Shown here one piece after another: positions 37,345-49,499 of a DNA stretch of 64,000 bases. Both the position numbers and the translations under genes were made by a program. The notes below the pieces were generated by a model. It made no database searches. It saw only the letters and a program-made list of their open reading frames with translations, and had not been told where the DNA came from. Source of the stretch: Anthoceros angustus (lineage: Eukaryota > Plantae > Anthocerotophyta); the NCBI GenBank assembly GCA_010909165.1, contig VJWM01000003.1:310001-374000 (forward strand), given 5' to 3'. Every line of letters begins with the position of its first letter. The stretch's first letter is position 1.

Positions 37345-38815
37345 GGTCAGTTTCCTTAAGTCCTGATCCAAATTGCAATTAGTTATTTCTATGGACATCA
37401 TACACATGTACACGATATATATTAATAAGAGTAACAATCATAAGACTTAAGTACTACAATCATCATATTTTTTAGTACACACAACAAATACCTTAAGTGT
37501 CTTGATGCAAAACAATTAGAAGACAAGCCATAAAATGATCTTAAGTTGAACCATTGTGCACATATATATAGAAAAAAAACAAGCAAAACTTCGCTTCAAA
37601 CATATCAATATAATCATATAGTATGGCACATCTCGACATCCTCCAATATAATAGCATTTTCAAAAAGATCACTCCGGTGTTCCATACCAATCACATTAAA
37701 TTTGGTCGATCGGCATATGACGCCGTCTAAGAAGCATTCCCATGGAAGAGCATCAAGGTTCTAGGACGACCTAAGGAGTTTTTCAACGTTGTACATTTAA
37801 GGAAACATATATATATATTGAGAATTATTTTAAAACTACGTATACAATTAAGGTTATATACACATATATATATATATATTTGAGAAAAAAATTTCTTAGA
37901 TATCTCTAGTATGCTTACAGTAAAATCTCTTGAAAAGACTAACCATAAATTACTTTTAATATTTGACCAATTGTGGTTAAAAACTCTGATCGAAACTATT
38001 TAGAAATTTATAAGTTTCCATAGCATAAACCCTAAACCCTACTTCACGGCATTGTTTCGGCAATATGTGTCCAAGTTATGACATTGTAGGCACTATATAT
38101 ATGTCCGCAAATATAGCAGGATGCAAGTAGGCCACCTCTTCATTCCGCTTGCACTAGAAACGTATGGGGCAATGGTTGAGGACATTGACAAATTTGTCAA
38201 ATCCTGTGCTAAAGCTTACCATGCCAGACACAGTGCTTGAGGCTGTCCTCTCAGATTACAAAGATACTCCGACAACGGGTTTCAATTGCCCTTCAATTGG
38301 CGCTCTCAACGGCGATCCTCCACAAGGCGGCGACAATAGGTGTCTGCATCTTCCTCTACCTTCGTGGTTTGCAAGCCGTTTATTCTTCCTGCATATGATA
38401 TTGTGGGTGCAGTAGGTGACTCTAGGTAGGGAGCTCAGTTGCTTCTCTTCACCTCGACCCCTGGTCCCCTTTGGTTGTCCCCTCCTAGATGGGCTTTTCC
38501 CATCGTTTTTTCACCTCAATAAAATCTCCAATTCTATATACGACTTAAGATATGGAGCTTAGTTGCTCGCTCTTATTGTGGCCCTTGGAGGCCTCCTATA
38601 TTTCCTCTATAGTAGATGGGCTCACCTCATCTCTCTTCCATTTATAGTCGTGGAAGCTGACCAGCGGTAGGGGAGCTCAGGGTACGTAACCCTAAGGAGA
38701 CCGGAAAAATGACAGAAGCAAGTTCAAACGGTGGAGCGCAACGGCGGCTGGAGTGAGGGTGAGCTCAAAAGTGTCAATTGGTGCCCCTCCACCATTTCAG
38801 GGTTAATGAGGTGAT

Positions 38816-38998
38816 GGTAAGTAGTAGTAAGCTCCCCGGTGGCCTCTTTTACGAAATGGGGGTCCAAAGCTCAGGAAATAGCTGTTGGCAAGTGTTTTTT
38901 CTCTGTACGGTAAGTAGTAGTAAGCTCCCCGGTGGCCTCTTTTACGAAATAGGGGTCCAAAGCTCAGGAAATAGCTGTTGACAAGTGTTTTTCTCCGT
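38816..38998. repeat. 93-bp tandem repeat x2
   Basis: GGTAAGTAGTAGTAAGCTCCCCGGTGGCC... at 38816 and 38909. Confidence 0.9.
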
Positions 38999-40084
38999 AC
39001 GATAGTGAAAAGGCCAATGCTTCTTGATACCCTCGATTGTAAGTAGGCTTTTCGAAATCCCCAACTAAGGTGCAGCAAGAGATTTTTGGTCGGATTTTTT
39101 CATGCATATGCTCCGACTCATTGAGCCCTAGAGCCGTTGAAGAGTCTTTCTTCCACACCGTTTTGTTGAAGATGGGATGGCCCATCTCTCTAAATGACAT
39201 AAAGATATCCCTCATATGTATCGTACTCACAAACTATATTCTTTTATCATCTTATTCCTCTATATCTTAATGCGCTTTTGAGTTTGAGTTAAATGACACC
39301 ATGCTATTTGATGGATCAAATAACACTTATGTTGCCCAATCTTAGGAATCAATCTCTACATGCAAATATGTGGTTTCCCTACTAAGAATCAATTATGAAA
39401 ATGGAGAGACTTTATGTCGAAAGGAAAAAAGATGGAAAAGACACGATCTACACCGAAGAAAAAGGGGTCAACCCAACAAAGGGCACCAGGCCATGAGGAC
39501 TATCTCCATGATCACTTTTTTCAAAACTACCTATCCAAAGAATCTCGTGATCAGGGATAAGAAAGGGCCTACCTACCACCTCCCAATCGGGGATAAAGAA
39601 AGAACCTACCTACCACCGCCACCAAAGAAGTCACCTCCCTTGCGCTAATTGCCATCTTGTACACGCGTTCGCCAAGAACCACTTATGTAATTCGGCAACC
39701 ATAATGTAGTTATGTGTAATATGTACCTAATGTAGTTATGTGTAATATGTACCTAACTGCTGTTAGTTCGGATGTGCGCACGTTGGTGCGCTAGCATATC
39801 GATGTACTCATGTACATACTAGGATGCCAGCCCGGCCCCACCTCGTAGCCAGGCCTCGGGTGGTCCGACGCACGCTGGCAAACCGGATGCCTTTTGGGCG
39901 AGGATGACACAGCTCCAAATCTACACCGTCCAATCCGAACAAGGGATTCGTGGAAAGACCTATCCTCTTTTGGATAAGGCCACGTCCAAGGGAACGGCGC
40001 AGGAGAAACAGGGACACTGTTACTCGGCTAGCTTTGCTGTGCACTTGTTGTGCTACAGAGGTCAGAAAAATGCTACTTTGGTCA

Positions 40085-41356
40085 TTAAACCAAGGAGTCC
40101 AACCTGGGCTCAAATGCAACCCCCAGTAACCCGTTGGATTCCATGTTCTGAATTGTGCAACTGGGTAACCACTGCCATAGATCCTTCCCAAAATCATACA
40201 TTAGAGTGTTCCGGGAATGGGTCTCGTGAAAGCAGATAACATCGTCCTTCCCAACACAAAGGAAGTGAAAGGCTGCCGACTGAAAGAGCATCTTAAAATA
40301 CTCCTCAGGCATTCTCCGTATCTCCAAACACGTTCTCTGTACCAGATCCAACTCCCAAACGTGAACGCTTTCAAGCATTCCAAACTTCTCTATACCGCCA
40401 ACCATGATCAAGCTCCCTCGCCGCTCCAGCAGATCACAAGTGGTGAGGGAAGGAGGAAGAGGTATCTCGGTGTCGTGCCATGACCCCGCTTCCAGGTTGA
40501 AAGCTACAATGCCATGGGGACCATATGTTGTACAATATAGAAAGCCATTCAGGAAGGCACCTCCACAAACAAGAGCACTTCGTCTGTGAAGAGTGCCAGT
40601 CATAGACCAGAAGTTGGTTTCTGAGTCATAAACCTGTGAGGTCACAAAATCGCCGTCCTGGGCCACAACTATTTTATAGGCCTTCTTATCCCTTCGCATC
40701 ACCATGCCCAACACGTAGGGTGACTTCATGTAGAGCATCGGTGGTAGCTTCCGTTGCTCCCTTCGCATCGGATTCGACACAAACAGAGTGTGCAGCTGGG
40801 CTCCCATTCCTTGCAGACACATCAAGCCTCCTGAGGTTGCGAGTACATTCACTGGGCCAGCACTAGGATATGACAGAAAATTTGAAAAAGGTATTCCATG
40901 CCAAGTGTTGGAACCTAGATTGTATGCCGCACCCACTTGATGCTGGGAGAAGCCTGTAAACATGAGGATGTAAAGCCCTTGAGATGGAACTCTGCACAGC
41001 GAATCCAAGTAGGGTTTGGAGTGCATCAAAGAGTTCCATCTTCTGCACACACACCTGAAGCGGAAGAAGGCATCCAAAGGTAACCAGGCCAAGATACAAT
41101 CTACCAGATGCTCTGGTAACAGACCCCACACCCTCTCATCCAAACAAGCTCCAGTCTTCATACACTGTGCGCCAGCGTGTGGTACTCCCTCAGAGTGAGA
41201 AGCGGACGGAGACAAAGGTTTCACCACCTTAGCCCGACTGCGCTTCCCACTGTCAAGCGAGAGATTGGCCAGCCGCCGGACGACCTCAGGGGAGGTGGAG
41301 TGCAGATCGTGGACTCTGCTATCCTTCGAGGCATCAAGCAGCAACTTCTCATCCAT
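40085..41356 (-). CDS. F-box protein with C-terminal kelch-like/F-box-associated beta-propeller, single exon, 423 aa
   Basis: LDERVWGLLPEHLVDCILAWLP..FFRFRCVCRRWNSL F-box; LATSGGLMC..VSNPM..LPPM; VYDSETNFW; ends AFEPRLD. Confidence 0.92.
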   Translation of the reverse strand: MDEKLLLDASKDSRVHDLHSTSPEVVRRLANLSLDSGKRSRAKVVKPLSPSASHSEGVPHAGAQCMKTGACLDERVWGLLPEHLVDCILAWLPLDAFFRFRCVCRRWNSLMHSKPYLDSLCRVPSQGLYILMFTGFSQHQVGAAYNLGSNTWHGIPFSNFLSYPSAGPVNVLATSGGLMCLQGMGAQLHTLFVSNPMRREQRKLPPMLYMKSPYVLGMVMRRDKKAYKIVVAQDGDFVTSQVYDSETNFWSMTGTLHRRSALVCGGAFLNGFLYCTTYGPHGIVAFNLEAGSWHDTEIPLPPSLTTCDLLERRGSLIMVGGIEKFGMLESVHVWELDLVQRTCLEIRRMPEEYFKMLFQSAAFHFLCVGKDDVICFHETHSRNTLMYDFGKDLWQWLPSCTIQNMESNGLLGVAFEPRLDSLV

Positions 41357-41499
41357 TCTCGACGAGCTCTTTGGAAGAGAGAGCCTACGACAACATGGCC
41401 AGCATACTCGAAGAGCTCGTGGCCAGAGAGAGAACCTATGATGCTGTGGCCAGCAGATAAAAACCTAATCGCCCATAATCAAGTTGCGTCTGCGTCAGT

Positions 41500-43560
41500 A
41501 TCGGAAAAGGGAGACTTCGAACCTTCGAACTTTAGCAGAAGGCAAAGATGGAATCTGCGAGTTCCCTACGGCTTAAGTCTTACTCCACCCAGGAATCCGA
41601 CCGCAGTTTGTCAGACAACCGTGTCTCTTTGCTGCTCTCCGGGTGAAGGCTATGCATGGAACGCGATTTTGTTTGAAATACAGCGCGTTGGAGATATATT
41701 CTCTGGATAGAGTCCACCTCTTTTATTTAATTTCACCTCACAGAAACATGCAAAAGATGTTGCTCAGGAACGAGGTTTACTCAAGTACATCTAGGTCCAA
41801 GGATGGAGAGGAGTTGTTTACGTCTGTTGACAAACGGAAAGCAGTTGGGCTTGCTGAACGATCAGAAGAGCAGTGGCGGCGGAAGGACAGAAGCAACTTC
41901 GAGTAGCTGATGAGTTTGAGCACGCTGGCTCGAAGATCCTACAATGATCTGACGCAGTGTCAGTGTCCTGTGTTTTCATGGGTCTTAGCTGACTTTACAT
42001 CTGAAAAGCTCGATCTGTCAAGTCAAGCCATATTTCGCAACTTCAGCAAGCCTATCGGTGCAATGGACGAGAAGTGGTTTGAGGTAACCCTTCAATCAGG
42101 CATACTTTCAACTCCACGTGAGGATTCAGACTGGGTCCTATTGATCGGGTATTTTCTAACTTCTCTCAGGTTTCTGAGGAGCGATCCAGGTATCCTAAGA
42201 TATCCATGTCTGACAGAGCTCGTCTATTTTGATGGCTGAGTGGTGGGCCTTGCTCTGATGCTCAAGTCATGGCAGATGCACTCTCTGTTCTATATCTTAT
42301 GTTTGACAGCATTCCAGGAAAGAATTTTGGCTTCTTGCCGTAATTTCCGTTTGTCCGCATCAGCTTAGAAACTATCTAACGTGTAACAGGTTTTATCACG
42401 GATCACATTATTCAAGTATGGGCATTGTCCTGTTCCACCTTATTCGGTTGGAACCGTTCACAACTCTCCACCATCAGTTGCAGGTTAGTATGAACTTTCA
42501 GTATCTCCCATGTTCCCTTCACGCTAAATGGCTGTGCCTGCCTTACTTGGTTACTCTCATGATAATGTGTCCTCGAGGGGGCTTGTTTCAAGGATATCAG
42601 AAACTGAACAGGATTTCTTGGTGTTTTGTTCAGTGTGGCAAGTTTGATCTTGCTGATTGCCTCCACAGTATCGAGGGTGCATATTCCAACTGCCTGAAAA
42701 ATACAAGTGATGTGAAGGAATTAACGCCATCTTGGTGTTTGACCGCCAAGGAGAAAAGCCATTTGAGTTCTTCAGAAACTCAGGCAAGAAGAAGAACTTG
42801 GAGACTGTAGTCCAACCATCATGGGCAAAGGTGCTGTGATTGTTTCATCTCTCGAATACTAGTCCTTGTCACGTGAATCATGAAAACTACATGCAAGGTG
42901 ATTTGTGATGAACAGGGAAAATGTCAGAACTTTGTAGACCATGTTTATCTTTTCAGGTTCCACAGAGGAGTTCATACAGAATAGTATAGAGGGATTGGAA
43001 AGTGAATATGTAAGCTAGCATCTGCCTGCATGTATTGACCTGATATTTGGGTACAAGCCAAGGGGCAAAGCAGCTGTGGAGGTTGGCCTCTTCTGGGTTT
43101 CGCTTAGAAGCTCCCTTCCTCTCTGTTGGTCCGACAACATGTTTCATCTGATATCGACTGGTTGACTGAATCCTCGCAGCATGACAATATTAACTGTCCT
43201 GAATGCGTGCAGTCTGCCAATGTCTTCTATCACCTTACGTATGAGGGTGCAGTTGATCTCGAAGCAATGGATGATCCCTTCAGTCGCGCTGCTGTGGACG
43301 ATCGGACAGACGCATATCCAGTTGTTTCGTCTAAGACGTCCCAAGCGGGGACCCCCAATTCCAGTTGCACGTCCACTACATGTTGATCCAGCCTCCTTAA
43401 CACTCAGAACTTCTCTACAGTGCTTAGGACCACGAGGACGTCAGGATGGGTCACCCGTTATCTCCTTGCAGGTGTCATGGACAACAAGGTTCACGACTAA
43501 AAGTGGTGATCTCGTGGTGTCAGTTAGACTGTGGAGTACGCCAGCAGCGTTACTTTCATA
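41500..43560 (+). pseudogene. 5'-truncated, intron-containing PH-BEACH (BchB-like) gene fragment with stops and frameshifts
   Basis: [43 protein letters not shown]; SSMGIVLFHLIRLEPFT; KFDLAD..NTSDVKEL; DLIFGYK; ANVFYHLTYEGAVDL; GQT..QLF..RGPPIP. TAG at 41904; introns 42084-42169 and 42484-42633. Confidence 0.85.
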
Positions 43561-44408
43561 GTCACTTCCAGACCCCAGATTGTAAATGATCCCAGACCCC
43601 AGATCCTCAATGCCGTAACACAAGCCTGCATTGTGGCAATGTATTCTGCTGTGCTTCTTTCTTGAGGATGGAATTGTTTTGCGGGTGTCATGACTTGATG
43701 ATGGTGGAAGTTGTGCTTCTTGAATGTGCAATTCAGCCTCATATGCAGATGGTTTGGTCATTAGCTCTGAAAGTTTTGGCCTTCTGCGAGTACGCTCAGG
43801 GTCCTATCTCTTGACCCGTTGTCATGGGGACCATAGCTTCAAAGGAATCTCACTGCTGGATGTCGTGACCTGCTAGTTCTGCTTCATTTATTGTTCATTC
43901 TGGTTGCAGGAAACAATCCCAACAGAGTGGGCAGTGCACTCATGGATTCCTTCTTGCAACAATAAAAAGCAGACCTATTCAAAAAGTCTTTCAACCTCCA
44001 TACTAGACTATCACGTGGACGGACATATCATCCGAAGCCAAACTCCCAACATCACAGGTTATCAGCACATCTGATTCCAAGCCAGCTGCCAGCTCCCATG
44101 ATCAGCACATCTGATTCCAAGCCAACTCCCAATGATCAGTGCTTTTCATGAAAGAACAACCATCCGGCAATTTGCTAAAGGTTCGGGATTGCACACAGAT
44201 CAGCCACTCCTACATCGTGGTACCGGCACAATCTATCATGCATGCCTCCTCAAGACAGATGGGCTTGGCTAGTGCCATGGGCACTGTCCACGAAAATGTA
44301 CACATCAAGCCCCGTACACTTCAAGCCCTAATCTCTCCCCGTGAGTAAGAGCCATTACGCTATCCTGGAGAGCTCTGAGGTGGTAACCGAAGGAGTAAAG
44401 CAGGCGCA

Positions 44409-45065
44409 ATGGAGATCTGGGCAGTGGGAGTGGTGCTTGTGCTGGGACTGATCGTGCTATGGGCCGCCAAGATCCTGAGCACAAGCTTGACGATGCGTGC
44501 TAGGGCCCGAGGCAGCGCCAGATCCCGCGCCGGCCGGCACTTCGTGAAGGCAGCACAGCTGCTGTCACAGGCCAAGGCGGGAGGCGGAAACCGCAACGCA
44601 TACAGGGAGGCCATCAAGGAGGCGGACGTGGCCATTTCTCTGGATCCCAAAGACGCTGCGAGTTACATCGTCAAGAGCCTCGCTTTGGAGCAGCTTGGCC
44701 AGCAAACAGCAGCGTTGCGCTACATGAGTGTAGCACTAGCTACGCCTGTTGTGCGCTCGCTCACGCCGGAGGATAAGGCGGATGCGCTGGCTAAGCGTGC
44801 TGGGATGCTGCTAGATCAGTCCCGGGGAAAGAAGAGCTTGCAGGCTGCTATTGCGGATCTGGAGGAGGCCGCTGAGTTGCAGCCGTTGAATGTCAAGGTG
44901 CTGTGTGCGCTGGGAGCTTGTTATGAGCGGCGGGGGAGCGGGTTCCGTGGCCAGGCGCTGGAGGCATATGAGAAGGCGCTGCTTATTGACTCGCAGCTGC
45001 CGGACGCCAGGGCTGCTGTCAACAGACTGCAAGCCGCTTCTGGTCCCGGTTGCAGGCGCTCCTAG
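44409..45065 (+). CDS. Single-exon TPR-repeat protein with N-terminal transmembrane anchor, 218 aa
   Basis: Hydrophobic IWAVGVVLVLGLIVLWAA; TPR-like EADVAISLDPKDAASYIVKSLALEQLG, AIADLEEAAELQPLNVKVLCALGACYE, ALEAYEKALLID. Confidence 0.85.
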   Translation: MEIWAVGVVLVLGLIVLWAAKILSTSLTMRARARGSARSRAGRHFVKAAQLLSQAKAGGGNRNAYREAIKEADVAISLDPKDAASYIVKSLALEQLGQQTAALRYMSVALATPVVRSLTPEDKADALAKRAGMLLDQSRGKKSLQAAIADLEEAAELQPLNVKVLCALGACYERRGSGFRGQALEAYEKALLIDSQLPDARAAVNRLQAASGPGCRRS

Positions 45066-45888
45066 TGACCATGGCTGGTCCTGCACGCAAAGTTTTCGGC
45101 TTCCGACGTGCTTTTTGATCTTTTGATCTAGTTCTGCAAGACTGGTTTCTGGCAGTTTCTGAACACACTCAGGTTTTTCTCCAGCCAAAGAGTCTGCTAC
45201 TTGGTGGAGGCTAGCGGTGCCGGTCAGGCAAGTTGGATCTAAATCCTGCAACGCCAGTCAGATTGCCTGTCTTGAGGCCCAGTCACAGAGGGGTTTCAGT
45301 TCACAAGAGTGACCAGCCACTGCAAAAAACATTCCAAGGGATACTATCTGCGAGCAATGTCTTCATGCATTCTATGCGTGAAGGGGATAACAATTTATGA
45401 TCTCTGCTGGCTGGTACTGGATGTGCAACTCGAGTATTTCACCGAAGGGATACTTATGTTTGAAGGGGGTTGCAATGTATGACCCCCGGAGGCTGGTACT
45501 GATTGGGCAGCCCCAAAAAGTCGCGTGGGGCTGGAGAGTGAATTACTCTTGGCTGCACATAGATTACTTTTGCTACTTCTAGCCGTATAGGTACTATTTT
45601 GATCCGATCTGAGAGAATTATCTCAGATCGATGCAGTCTATTCCTGGAGGAGGTTGCAATTTTCCACGAGACGAGGGGTTGTCTCTGTGATCAAGAGGGA
45701 TGGCTGGCCCCATCAAAGCTACAGGCAGAGTAACGAGCTTGTGTAAAAAATTGACGTAATTACTATTGTAGCTGGGAGATGCAAACCTATTACGGAGTCC
45801 CTCTCCTTTCTCCTTCCTGCCTGCACCGAGCATAGCATTGGGCCGTGCAAGAGCAAGCAGACCGGCCTGGATACAGGTCTTTTAAGTT

Positions 45889-47180
45889 TATTACCCGGTG
45901 AAGACAGCTAACAGGGAATAGCGTATAAGGGAATAGCGTATATGGGTAATGAATAGGTGGCCGAAGAGCGATTCGCTCTTGAGAACAATTTGTAAATTAA
46001 TGTTGGTAGGGGGATGATAAAGACTTAGAGAGTAACAAGCCTTGCATAAGAAGCATGCAACCCTTGATTTAGTTAGTAAGTTATAAGTAGTGGTGGTAAG
46101 ATTTAGCTTAGGGTTTAAGGAAGAAAGTCTGTAGTTATTTTCCATTTACATCTCCCTATATAAGGAGATGAGGCTAGCCCTAGAGAGGGATATATCTTGT
46201 GATCTAGCATGGGGAGCTACACTCTTGAGGATAGGACTTTGGAGCCTAAAGGCCTTGGGAGCCTAGAGTGTGAGCATGTCTAGAAGGATCCTAGCACTTG
46301 GGAGCTACACTCTTGTGAGGATAGGACTGTGGTGCCTAGAGGCCTTGGGAGCCTAGAGTGTGAGCGTGCTAGAGGAGAGCTGTTGAGGAGGAGATCGAGG
46401 GGAGAGAGCTAAGCTTCTAGCTTAGGCAAAGATGGGGAGCTCTCTCTGATCTCTCATGTATTCTTGTTGACTCTTGCTGGAATAAATAGCAGCCGGATGT
46501 CGAGTCGCCGTGGAAGGATGGCGGGCTACTTGGAGGCCTAGTGCTGGTGTCTGGTGATGTTTTTGTCGCTAACTGCGTGACTGCCCCACCTCGCTGAAAA
46601 GGGGGTGTTACTTAGAGTAACGATACTGGTGACATAAAATAGATTAAAAAAAGTGAAAATTAAAATGGTTAAAAAATTAATTAAAAAATGAAAATTAAAA
46701 TGGTTAAAAAATTAATTAATAGTTTTTCTGTTAACAAAATATTTGTGTTGCATGTTTCATGCAATCTCCTATTCGCTCCTATTAGAAAGGAATTGTTGCA
46801 ACCACAAGAGTTGCCTAAAGAGGACTCTTAGTGATCGGCGGTCTATAAGAGTCCCCCGAGTTAATCACTGCCTAATTGAGGCAACCCTGCAAGGTATGTA
46901 AGGCTAGAGCAAGCGCTTTTAGCATTTATCATTTAGTTCTTTTAACATTCATGTAAAGCTAGAGCTAGCATTTATCATTTAGTTCTTTTAACATTCATGT
47001 AAGGCTAGAGCAAGCATTTATCATTTAGTTCTTTTAACATTCATGTAAGGCTAGAGCTAGCATTTATCATTTAGTTCTTTTAACATTCATGTAAGGCTAG
47101 AGCAAGCGCTTTTAGCATTCATCATTTAGTTCTTTTAGCATTCATCATTTAGTTCATGGTGCACTGCAAGCCTTGTGTTG
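45889..47180. mobile_element. LTR-like repeat, second copy at ~48927-49345; this copy is interrupted by a solo LTR and a ~50-bp tandem array (46898-47155)
   Basis: Both copies start TATTACCCG(G)GTGAAGAC and align through CAAGCCTTGTGTTGAGA. Confidence 0.65.
46031..46612 (+). mobile_element. Solo LTR (582 bp) with AGTAACA...TGTTACT termini and TAGAG target-site duplication
   Basis: TSD at 46026-46030 and 46613-46617; empty site (single TAGAG) at ~49059 in the paralogous repeat; internal TATATAA (~46158) and AATAAA (46481). Confidence 0.8.
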
Positions 47181-48310
47181 AGATAGATGTGGAGTATAAG
47201 ATCCGAGGATGTACAAAGTCAAAGCATAAAGAGAGAGAATGAATTAAGTATAATGTGTGTGTGTTCCAGCATGTCTTATACTCACCCCGAAGGGATGTGA
47301 CTCTTGGGGTCTAAGGGTAGCCTAACTAGATTGACATTCCAATACTCCCCCTCAGCCTAGACATGTTAGGCTAGCTTGCTATCTTGGTCGGGGAGCATAC
47401 TAACACCTAGAAGTGATGCACAAGCTAAGTGCTTGTTGCGGGGAGGCTTTTAGTCAAAATGTCTGCCCCCCATCAACTCTGTTGGGCAATACTCAAGTCC
47501 TATGTCCCCGGCTACACACTTCTAGTGCACATAATGATATTGGAGATCAATGTGCTTGGACCTAGAACTAAACTTCGGATTGCCGACGAGAGTGAGAGCG
47601 GATTAGTTGTCTATCTTAATGACCATTGGCTTCTTCTGTAACATACCAAGTTCATCAAGGAGTTGGATACGATCCACTATGCACTTAGTAGTGAGTGTAG
47701 CAGCCATGTACTCGGATTCAGTAGAAGAGAGTGCTATGGTGGTCTGCCGCTTGGATCCCCAATCAATAGCAGCGTCACAAAGCATCAAGGTGAATCCTTA
47801 TGTGGATTTCTTGGAGTCCCCGTCTCCCCCCAATTAGCGTCGGTGTAGGCTGAAAGTTAAGGAAAGGAGGCAGAAGCGGAATTGCCGGCTGGAGGTCCAT
47901 GGTACTTGAGTCCGTAAGCCATAGTCCCCTTAAGATAGCACAAAGTGCGCTTGAGGGCCGACCAATGTGTGGGAATGTGTGGGTCTGGGGTTAGCCATCT
48001 GTTGAGTGAGCACACGAACAGCATGGTTGTGCAGATCCAGTTGTTGAGTGAGCACACGAACAGCATGGTTGTGCAGATCCAGTTGTTGAGTGAGCACACG
48101 AACAACATGGTTGTGCAGATCCAGTTGTTGAGTGAGCACACGAACAGCATGGTTGTGCAGATCCAGTTGATCTGCCCTATTTCTTCTTGATAAGGAATCG
48201 TCTCCATATACTTGCGCTCCTCGTCGGTCTTGGGTGCTTGGTCAGAGGACAGTGGTGCTCCACGGCAAGCGGAGTAGGTGCAGGTTTGCACTCCAGCATG
48301 TTGAAGCAAG
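47176..48310 (-). mobile_element. Ty1/Copia 3' remnant: RT/RNase H fragments, polypurine tract, short LTR
   Basis: HWSALKRTLCYLKGT, WGSKRQTTIALSSTESEYMAA; PPT AGGGGGAG at ~47345-47352; putative LTR ~47344-47176. Confidence 0.85.
48001..48168. repeat. 42-bp tandem repeat x4 inside the Copia RT remnant
   Basis: GTTGAGTGAGCACACGAACAGCATGGTTGTGCAGATCCAGTT x4 (NWICTTMLFVCSLN). Confidence 0.95.
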
Positions 48311-49499
48311 TTAGCGTGTTCTTAATACATTGCGTTCGAGTAAGTTGCAAGGTTGTAAGTGCAAGTTTCAATACTATAATTCTGTAAAGAGGGTAATATA
48401 CAATCTGGGAGTTTTGTGCCTTGTTCGAGTAAGATGCAAGGTTGTAAGTGCAAGTTTCAATACTATAATTCTGTAAAGAGGTTAATATACAATCTGGGAG
48501 TTTTGTGCCTTTTATATGCCTAAAGGGGTTTCCAATGGCTCTAGAATGTAGGTTTTTTGGCACTTGATCCAAAAAAGGCCTTAGAAAAGGGTATTGAACA
48601 TGCGCTGAACATAATATTCATGTCCACATCATGCCGGCGAAGGGTATGGACCATACAATGTCTGTCAGTTTGGACCCAGTTAACGCCCATGTATGAGGAC
48701 CATTAGAGCCGGTAAAGTTGAAAAATTATGAGCATTCTACGGCAAACCTATGGTTAAGCATGGTATCGTTCTCGAAGAATATATGTGCATGTTCAGGTAC
48801 CCACTAAAATATGGAGCATATCATTACTTTGAGACTGCCGGGTGAATAGACGCGATGTTGCCCGTGAATAAGGAGTCGGTCTACAAGGTGAATTATATTA
48901 ACTTCCTTGCAGAATTATGGTAGTTTTATTACCCGGGTGAAGACTAATAGGGAATAGCTTATATGGGTAATGAATAGGTGGCCGAAGAAGGATTCGCTTT
49001 TGAGAACAGTTTGCTTATTCAGCTGTAAATTAATATTGGGAGAGGGATGATTAACACATAGAGTAACGATACTGGTGAAATAAGGTAGAAAAGTGAAAAC
49101 CTAAAATAGATAGAAAATTAATTAATAGTTGCCTTGTTAAGTTGATGCATGCTTTATGCAATCTCCTATTAGAAAGGAATGGCTGCAACCACGAAGAGCT
49201 GCCTAAAAACTCTTAGTGATCAGTGCTTTGCAAGAATCCCGCAAGTTAACAAAAGCCTAGTTGAGGCGAGCCTGCAGGATATGTAAGGCTAAAGCAAGTG
49301 CTTTGAGCATTCATAGTTCATGGTGCGTTGCAAGCCTTGTGTTGAGAGAGCTATAGAGAGCCTAGTTAGTGAGCTTGTCGTTGAACCGAGCCTAGCTATT
49401 GTCGTTGAGCCAAGGGTAGTAGCCAGTCGTGGAGAGCCTAGCTAGACCCTAGCTAGTGAGCTTGTCATTGAGCCAAGGTAGTAGCTAGTTGTGGAGAGC

